61,167 nt of DNA from Enoplolaimus lenunculus (taxonomy: Eukaryota): contig JASANG010001204.1 of NCBI GenBank assembly GCA_030248215.1, positions 372,001 through 433,167 of the forward strand, read 5' to 3'. Below, one piece after another: positions 52,226 through 61,167 of this stretch. Below the pieces are notes generated by a model. It did not search any database, had not been told where the DNA came from, and worked only from the letters and a program-made list of their open reading frames with translations. The number at the start of each line of letters is the position of its first letter. Positions within the stretch are counted from its first letter, which is position 1. Position numbers and translations under genes: made by a program.

Positions 52226-53873
52226 CAACACATATGAAATTGAAGATATTCATTTCAGAAAGGGTTAATTTATAGCTAAATTTAACTTGAATATCAGTTT
52301 AAGTAAAACTTAAATGGATGGATGGACTAACTAAACCAGAACTTTATTTCACTTAAACTAACATAATTTACGTTTAACACAAGTTTAAATAAACGTATTT
52401 TTAGTTTAAGTAAAACAAGTGCAGCCAAGAAATTATGTATATCTAAGAATTCATTAAGTTATACTTAAACTGAAAATATTATGTCAGATTTTAAATGTGT
52501 TTAAAGCGTCAACCTACCTGTTAGTTTAGTTAATTTAGAAAATTCGTTTAAAACTGCTCGATTAACTTGAACTTAATTTAAGTTAGTTTAAGCATTTAGA
52601 GAGTATATTAGATCGTTTCAAAAATGTTCTTTATTCGATTAGACGAATTTGCTAAGCGTAGGTATACTTTTGCAAACAATAAACACAATTGACCCTACAG
52701 GCGAAAATCGTTTCATCAAACTGAAGGTAAAGTTGAAATTCAATTCAACGTGTTCCTCAATGTTGTGGTTATGCTTAGTTTAATTGAGATTGAAAATAAA
52801 TGAAATTTAGGGTTAGTTTATTTTCGACAAAGAAATCGCTTGAAAGAAACGGAGTTTTCGGGTAAAAACGAAAAAATTGAAAAAGATGTAACTCGTGCTT
52901 CAACAAATACAAAGTCCCCAATGGATGCTGCTATATATATAGTCTGGTCCCAAAAGGATACTAAAACAATCGTAATGACTATTATTTTAATTGATCAACA
53001 TTATATAACTCATAATAAACATGCAATCTACACAGATATTACAAAATCTGATCAATCAGCGCCTCAAAAGACACTATTAGCAAATTTCGTTCCTAAATGG
53101 GAAGCGTGAGAAAAACCAGTTTCTTACAGTTTTTTTGCAATTGTTTGTCGCTGTTACGCAAACTATTTGCTAAAATTAGTATATTTTTAAAAAAAGTTTA
53201 TTTTAGTTTTTTCAACCCCTTTAAAACCACGAAAAATTGAAAAACACTTAACTGAATGTCACATTTTTTGCCAGTTATTAATCGTTTCAGGGCTTGAAAT
53301 CGGAGCTAATTTATGTTAACCCGATGCTAAACAATCAATATAATATCGTCTGATACATTTTAAAAATTATCGTTGTGTATTCGAAAAAACGGTTTATGCT
53401 TTAAAAACAAACTAAAATTTTATAAGCGTATACATCTTTATATTGCCATCCATCCATTTCATTGCATGTCTTACACTGTTTTAGGTATTATTAATTTTTC
53501 TGTTACACAAGTCAGATTTCAAACCGCTCAAGTGTAATTCACAAAAGCTTAACTATCGATACATCTTGCCTGCAAATACACCTGTTCGGGCCCATAGCCA
53601 GAGGGGGGCCAGGGGGGTTGGGGTGAGCCCCCCTGCAAGAATTTTGCCCCCTAGAAAATTTTCAATCTTACTAGTAAATCATCGGATACCCTTGCTGGTG
53701 CCTCCAGAAAAATATTTAGCCCCAGTAGCAAGGTCAACTGGCTACGATCGTGTATCTGCTTTCAACCTATATGACATGACCTTAAAGTGTATCACAAATG
53801 TAACATTTTGTAGTTCCTCAAACTATAAAAATCGTGCATTTCACAGTTGAGAAATTACGAAAACTGTACTGTC

Positions 53874-53996
53874 ACAATAACAACACCAACAACAACAACA
53901 ACAAACAACAACAACAACAACAACAAACAACAAACAACAACAAACAACAACAAACAAAACAACAACAACAACAACAACAAACAACAAAAACAACAA
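53874..53996. repeat. Imperfect (CAA)n/(CAAA) microsatellite
   Basis: Directly visible; interruptions shift the reading frame. Confidence 0.95.
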
Positions 53997-56264
53997 TTTT
54001 TAATCAAATTTCTGTTATTTTATTTTCAAATGTTCATTGTTCAGTTGTTCAACTTGAAATACTGACATTTTAATATTCGTTTAATACTAAAAATATATGC
54101 ATTATTTACTATCTTTTTTCAATTTTAATTTTCTCAAACTTTCACTATTTTGTCACCGAACTCATAACGAAACGCACCACCCAGTCAAGAGAGACGAAAT
54201 AATTCACTGGTTTATAAGTTTAACACGGCACTTAATACTGTTTTAGGTGATACCTAAAGTTCACACACTATACAGATGTGGCTTTGGGCACAGAGCTCAA
54301 AATCTTGCGAAACATTTATGAAACTGGCATTTGTTCGTTGCTACCCAGGTAACGTTAACGCGTACGCTTAGGCTCAAGTTTAGCCTTTACGTAAAACCTT
54401 AGGCAAAAGTTTAAACTTTATGCTTTTAGGTGAAAGCCGTTCTGAAACCTAGGCATAAACCTGCGGGACGAAAGTGTGCAAGTGCCCTAAAATTTGATGT
54501 CCGTTTTATGACCAATCAAACGGTCGTTAATATAACAACCATGTTCTTAAGTCAGCGCAAGAATGAGGTTATACCAAAGCCTAAGGCTAAGCCTAAATCT
54601 AAGCAAAAAGATTAGTCTAATGCTTAAGCTTTACTCTATTGCAGTAACACAGAAAAACCGTTCCGTTCGTGATCTTTACATGGACCCAACTTTTTAACGC
54701 GAGAAATAGTTTCAGTGTAAAGGAGGGAGTATATATACATGTATATTATTTGATCTCAAAATTTAAAAATAAAGTTTTGCACATACATAAAATCACCAAT
54801 CAGTGGTGTGCAATACATTTATAAATATTGCCTTCCGGCCGTACCGGTGCTATTTGCTTAAAATAGCTCAGCGTAAACTATATTTCATGTTTTCAAGTGT
54901 GAACACTCAACAGTACATTTTTTAAATCGCAAACACGCAATGAAGTTTATTATTGTCGGCACGAGCTCATAAAAATCAATATAAAAGTTTGGCTGCCAGG
55001 AGCGCACACAACGGGAGGCATAGGCGGGATAGATTCACTCCTGTAAGTTTTAGATAGGCTGGAAAAAGTACGCTATTTAACAAGCTTTAGAATAACTTTC
55101 TAGATTCTAAAAGTCAACATCAATTTTGTAAATGACATGATACCAACGCAAACTAAAATTCATACGACACCCGTGGAGGCTGTGTGATGTAGCGAAACGA
55201 AGGGCGAATTTTGCGTTTGAAACATGAGTAAATTTCTGTATTAACACTGAAAAATAAAAATAGCATAGAGCTTACAATATTCAAACGCTGTATTTTACGC
55301 TTGAAACGTTTGTTAACTCTCTTAGCATATTATAGTGAAATTGCAAATTTTGTTTTTTATTGCAAATTTCACTTTTCATGCACTTTAATGCGGTCTTGGT
55401 CGCATTGAAACAGAGACAGTTCAATTTTTATGTCAACTGTCTATGTTTGTGCTTGAATCTTTTGTATAGTATAACCGGGCCCGTAGCCAAGTGGGGGGCA
55501 GAGGGGATTCAGCCCCCCGTGGAAAAATTAAATTTTGCCCCCCCCTAGAAAATTTTCAACCTTGCTTAGTCGGATCAATACCAAAATGTATGCTTGAGGT
55601 AACAACAGCGTATGCAAGAGTAGATATGAATCAGCACAAACAAACGTGTAGCAAAACTTATCCCATCATGTATGAGTTAACAGTGTTAACGTTACGGGAT
55701 CCAAAGTCATTACTTGAAATGAACGGAAATCCATTATAAATTTTAAATATGGATGCGGATACGAGTAAAGTTCCATCATCAAAGGTTCGTAGCCAAAGAT
55801 TGGCCAGGGGGCTCAGCTGTTTCCAGATAAGATTTGGCTATTTGAGAATCGTTTCAGCCTCGCTTTATTTCATTGCTTCTATTGCAAGGTGGCTTGCTAC
55901 GGGCCAGCGCGTCAATATGACTCCGAGTTTACGTCTGCAACTCTGTACGTATCGTTGCTTCACAACACAAATCTGTGCTGTGCCGTTGCGCTAAAATTTC
56001 AAACTTTTCTTGCAAATGTAAAACCTTTATCTGTGTATAACTTGAGGCGATTTTGACGAAAAATCATGCGTAAAAGTTTGAGCAAAGTTAGCGTAATACT
56101 CGAGCGCTGTATTTAACAAATAATATTTTCTTTATTTAAAGTTAAATGCTTTTTTTCTGAGTTTATAGAAATTTAAACTGTTTTCATATCGGTTTGTTGT
56201 TTTGTCGCAAAACGTTACAAAAATTCATCCTTTAGAAATTTACTATCATCACTGTGGTGGATAT

Positions 56265-56550
56265 GTCGTAGGCCAATCTGCTATTCTGTCCAATTACCAA
56301 TTGGCCTAGGCTAATCTGCTATTTAAATGAAATAGCAGTTTGGTCTAGACCAAATAGCGATTGTGAAATTTCGCAGAATAACAGTGATGACACACCAACG
56401 CAGATTGGTTAACGGTCTGTCCAAATAATCAAATCTGATTGGTCCATAAGTTCAATAGCAGTTTTAGCCCAGGCTAAATTGCTTACATAAAATAGCAGAT
56501 TAGCCTAGATCAATTAGTAATTGGCGTGAATAGCATATTGATCTACGACA
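56265..56550. mobile_element. MITE with long imperfect TIRs
   Basis: TGTCGTAGGCCAATCTGCTATT / AATAGCATATTGATCTACGACA, with mirrored AATAGCAG repeats. Confidence 0.7.
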
Positions 56551-58064
56551 GGTACATGAAATAACTTACCCGAATGCTCTATTATTATGTAACGTTGCGG
56601 TTTTGGGTGCGAGATTTGTGAATGTTGCCACAACATTTTAAAGATGTGGACGACACATTATTTTATACTGTTGTACAAATAATTTAGCAGATTTATTTAA
56701 TTAGAAAATATTTAGTCGTATATTGTGTAATTTAATTGAACCCTGAATGCAATTGGGTTAAAACCTTAATTTGGAGAATTATGATGAAATTTCAAAATAC
56801 AAGGGCTCTAATTATGTCAAGGTTTTTTGTTCAAAAATCAATCAGATATGTCTTCATTTTAAACGTAGATATTTTCATAGCGAAAATCAGTCGTGTGCTT
56901 TCGTAACAGAGCTAACAGTTTAAACGAGCATTGTTTTTCGATCGCATTAATTAAACGCAAAGTGATCACGCAAAATAAAGTCACACCGTTCGGTATAATG
57001 CCAATATAATCGTCAATAATTTGCGAACAAAAGTAGAGATAACCGCGTAGAATCTTGATTAATTGCTCAAACTAGGTAAAGTTAATATTCAGCCAAATTC
57101 AATATAATTCAGTTAAAACCATTCGTGTGCAACTGGCGATTAAACAGCTGACGAGCCATAAATATAATAAACATTCGAACCATGAATATAAATTAACGTT
57201 CCCCTGCTAAATATCTGACGATCTGTGAATATGATTAACATTCCGCTACTTTCATATATGTACATTGAATTCTACAATAAAATGCAAATTAACTGTACGA
57301 ATTGCAAGCGTCGTAACTATTGGAAAACATAGTAAGTTTCAGAAACACATTTTCGAATAAATAATTTGAAACATTGCATTTCAAAGATTCTTTTGAGCTA
57401 AATCAATAGAAAATGCCTGAATAAAAATAAAAAAATGCAAGTTTGCGACATTTGTGTCCCGCATGACTGGCGTGGACCCCACGCTCAGCAAAAACCACGG
57501 AATTGCTATTATTTGTTGCTGGACGGTTGATCATAATGCCAATCAAGGCTTGATCTGCTTGAGAAATACACTGTTTTGCGACTTTTATACAATTTGTTTT
57601 GCCTTCCAAAGTTCTCGGATTAAATCGTCGATATCTTGATCACTTAAGTTTTTGTAATTAATTGAAAGACTCTTCGACGTTGCTGGCATTTGGTTCACTC
57701 TAATGTATTGGGTGTGGGATGCTGATCTCGAACTATCAGAAATAGTAATAATCGTAGGAGCGTTGCCGTCGTTGTCTAATGTAATTAATGTGTTAACCGA
57801 TTGATTATCTGAAAGTTCTATAACAGTTATTTTATCGCTATGAGCTGGTTTAGTATTTTCCATTGTATAAAATTATATGAAATAGTACATAACCTGAAAT
57901 TTTATGAAATAGATAACGAAATTACATCAGTTAGAAGAAATTCTGATGATGTGCTGAATTTAATTATTATGCAAGTTAAGATTGTAGCATTCCAATTTAT
58001 TAGTTATTTAATCAGTGTTAAAAACATCACGTATAGGCTCAGTTACAACAATTTTTATAGTGTA

Positions 58065-61000
58065 TTAGTTTTGGACCTTTCTACGCAAATTGTAACGATT
58101 TCCCGCGAAGTCTTCGTTATAATCTGGTCCTTGGATTGGTATATTTGCTTCAGGAGAAGAATTCGGGACAGGAAAAACATGGCTTGTGCGTTTAAGTCGT
58201 CTGATATTTACTCGTTTTTCATACATCTTTGTGGTTTTTGTCAGAGGCGCTATGTATGCTCCAGTACCGTCTTCAGTGATCTTTGTAACTCTGTATGGAC
58301 CTTTCCACGGTCGTGCGAATTTACGAGTTTTTCCTTGTGATATGTATGGTACGTGCAAATAAACTCTGTCCCCCTCTAATATTATTGTTGATTTCACGCA
58401 TTTCAGATCGTGATATTTCTTTTGTCTTTCCTGTGACGCTGATATCACACTACCTGCAACAGTCCATGCCTCATCTAAGTTCTTTGCAATGTTATAGGTA
58501 TAATCGTCGTACGTATTCTCGATTGTGGGCTTGAAATTGCCAAGGTTGATATCCAGCGGTAGAGTTGCGTCCCGTCCAAAATTTAAGAAGAACGGACTTT
58601 GTCCGGTTGATTCATGTTCGCTGTTGCGATAAGCAAAAGCTAAATATGGTAATAAATTATCCCAATCTGTTTGTGCTGTATTAATGTATTTGCTAATCAT
58701 ATTTTCCATGGTTTGGTTAAATCTTTCGACCATGCCGTTTCCAGATGGGTGATATGCAGTTGTTTGTAGCTTTTGGATGCCCAGAAATTCACAAACGTTC
58801 CGGAACAATTCAGAGGTGTAATTCGCACCTTGATCAGTTAATATGACATGTGGTACACCAAAACGACAAACGATTTGTTCAACAAAGATTCGTGCAACCC
58901 GCGTTGCTTTCATATCCGGCATGGGAAAACATTCAACCCATTTTGTGAACGCGTCCATAAACACGATTACATATTTATTTCCTCGGCTAGTTCGCGGAAG
59001 TGGACCGACAATATCCGATGAAACTTGATACCACGGAGACACAGCTTGTATTGAATGCAGCTCTGGAATTGTTTTGATTTGGGGATTTCGACGTGTTGTA
59101 CATGGAATGCAACTAGCACACCATTGTTTGACGTCCTTGTATAAAGTTGGCCAATAGTAATTCTTCTGTATATTTTGCAATGTCCTTCGAATTCCCATAT
59201 GTCCACTTAAGACGTGGTCGTGACACGCTCGCAATACTTGTTCTCTAAGAGCTTCCGGTACAACCAGCTGCATGCTCTTTCGCTTTGATTCCGATTTGCG
59301 AAACAAAACGTCATTTTCGATGATGAACGTGTATTCTGCAGTGCCAATATCAGCTTTAATTTCCGGGTCTAACAATTTACCGTTGATCGAAATAATAAAC
59401 GGATCATTCTGTTGCAATTCTTGAATATTGGGCCCTAATGAAGCCTCTTCTGATTTTTCAAATGTAATGTTAAAATTTGTACCACCATGTTCTTTAATCG
59501 ATTGGAGTAGCTTATTACAAGTTTCACACTTCTCTGTTGAATCATTTATCACAAATTCTGATGTTAACGACTCTGGTCTTCGCGAAAGCGCGTCAGCGTT
59601 TGAATTTTTCCTTCCAGAACGATGATAGATTGTAAAATCGTATTCTTGTAACATCAAACTCCAGCGACACAGTCTTCCGTGAGGATCCTTTACTGTCAAT
59701 AACCATTTGAGTGGTTGATGATCGGTTACTACTTGAAATTTCCTTCCATACACGTAAGGCCTAAACTGTCGAATGGCCCATACTACGGCCAACGTCTCTT
59801 TTTCAACTGTTGGATATCGCTGCTCCGTTTTAGTGAGAGTTCGGCTAGCGAAATGGACGGGGTGTTCCTTGCCATCAGGGCCATGTTGACTAAGTACTGC
59901 TCCAATAGAATGTTCGCTAGCGTCGGTTTGAATCGTGAAAATTTTATCGAAATCCGGAAAAGCCAGAACAGGTGCTGTACTAAGCAAGTGCTTCAATTTA
60001 TCGAACGCAATTTGGCATTCCGCAGTCCATTCGAACTTTCGATTCTTTTTATATAGTGCGTGAAGCGGAGTTGCAATTTTCGAAAACCCCCAGACAAAGG
60101 TTCTGTAGTAACTTGCCAAACCCATGAACGACTGGACTTGTTTTGGAGTGGTCGGTACAGGCCAATTAATAATCTTTTCTACCTTCGCACACTGCGGATA
60201 AAAGCCTTCTGGTGAAATAAAGTGTCCAAGAAACGGTACCGTGCTGCGCCCAAACTGGCATTTTTTCATTTTCAATTTCAGTCCTGCAATTCGTAGTCGT
60301 TCGAACACTTTTTCCAAACGTTGTAATAATTGGTCAGCGTCCGATCCAATTATTAAAACATCATCGAGATACACAAGACATATTTTCCAATCCAAACCAT
60401 GCAAGACAGCTTCCATCAATCTTTGAAAAGTCGCAGGTGCGTTTGACAATCCGAATGGAAGTTTGTTGAACTGATATAACCCTTCATGACTGACAAATGC
60501 TGTTTTATGTTTGCTACTTGGATCCATTGGAATTTGATGATAGCCACTTTGCAAATCCAACGTGCAAAAGTATTTAGCTTTATGCAGTGATCCAATAATG
60601 TCGTCAATTCGTTTCATTGGGTAGTTGTCTTTTCTTGTTACTGCATTTAGTTTTCTATAGTCAACGCAAAATCGCCAGGTTCCGTCTTTCTTCGGCACAA
60701 GAACAATTGGTGATGACCATTCGCTATTGGATCTTTCAATTACTCCAGATTTGAGCATTTCATTTATTTTCTGCGCAATTTCGGGTCGCTGCGACACTGC
60801 TGTTCTGTATGCCAATTGTTTAATTGGCCTTGCGTCACCGGTATCAATTTTGTGAGAGCAAAGAGCAGTTTCACCAAGATCATTGTCGCCGCAGGCAAAA
60901 ACATCTTTATATTTTATTAACAGTTGCTTCAATCTGAGCAGTTCCGATTCGTTGAAACTGCAGTTTTTAACATCTAAGTCTTTTAATTGTGGGATTTCAT

Positions 61001-61167
61001 CAAACGTTTCGATATTTATATCATCTGATTCATTGTTGAAACACCAAAGTTGATCGTTGATCGTCTGGATCTCTTGCTGGTGTAGACTGATCGATTTGGC
61101 AACATTTGACCGTTGATACAAAGTAACTGGAGCTCTCGTAGGATTTAGAACTCGTAGAGGAATGTCA
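58065..61167 (-). mobile_element. Ty3/Gypsy LTR retrotransposon pol (RT, RNase H, integrase), running off the window edge
   Basis: Uninterrupted frame of more than 1018 aa with WSSPIVLVPKKDGTWRFCVDYRKLN, LDLQSGYHQI, PFGLSNAPATFQR, YLDD, RNase H TDAS and TDHQPL, integrase HHCC, SDIVGP...TDQG...VERFN, and the GPY/F motif WKGPY. Confidence 0.97.

Noticed and set aside
53834..54073. N/Q-rich ORFs
   Set aside because: They are translations of an imperfect CAA microsatellite with no splice or codon support.
56588..57240. Candidate 3' LTR of the Gypsy element
   Set aside because: The terminal inverted repeats are weak, there is no clear polypurine tract, and the 5' LTR is outside the window for comparison.

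Overview
AT-rich, repeat-dense eukaryotic genomic DNA, most likely from a nematode. That is an inference from TTAGGC-type repeats, TTTCAG acceptors and a DUF19-like gene. Four host genes can be built by hand: (1) a 21-exon nuclear mRNA export factor NXF1/TAP gene (minus, 328-18824, 699 aa); (2) a long Q/E-rich coiled-coil gene with a 52-Q run and repeated WPP motifs (minus, main exon 24611-27440, probable first coding exon 33734-33777); (3) an intronless dynein light chain LC8-like gene with a long N-terminal extension (minus, 38470-39234); (4) a 4-exon secreted protein with Cys-rich, P/S/T-rich and DUF19-like regions (plus, 46962-51928). NXF1 intron 1 holds a three-level transposon nest (hAT MITE > pogo-like DDE transposon > Penelope-like retroelement). 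An uninterrupted Ty3/Gypsy pol ORF runs off the right edge, and many MITE families are present. The strongest leads are: the conserved NXF1 retained-intron cassette, here with an immediate stop codon and a stem covering its 3' splice region; a heavily structured neighbouring NXF1 intron with a poison acceptor; tandem arrays anchored at MITE termini that copy host exon ends; a MITE carrying telomere-like TTAGGC tracts; and two orphan stem-rich segments that may be non-coding RNAs. All structures were found by eye and need computational confirmation.
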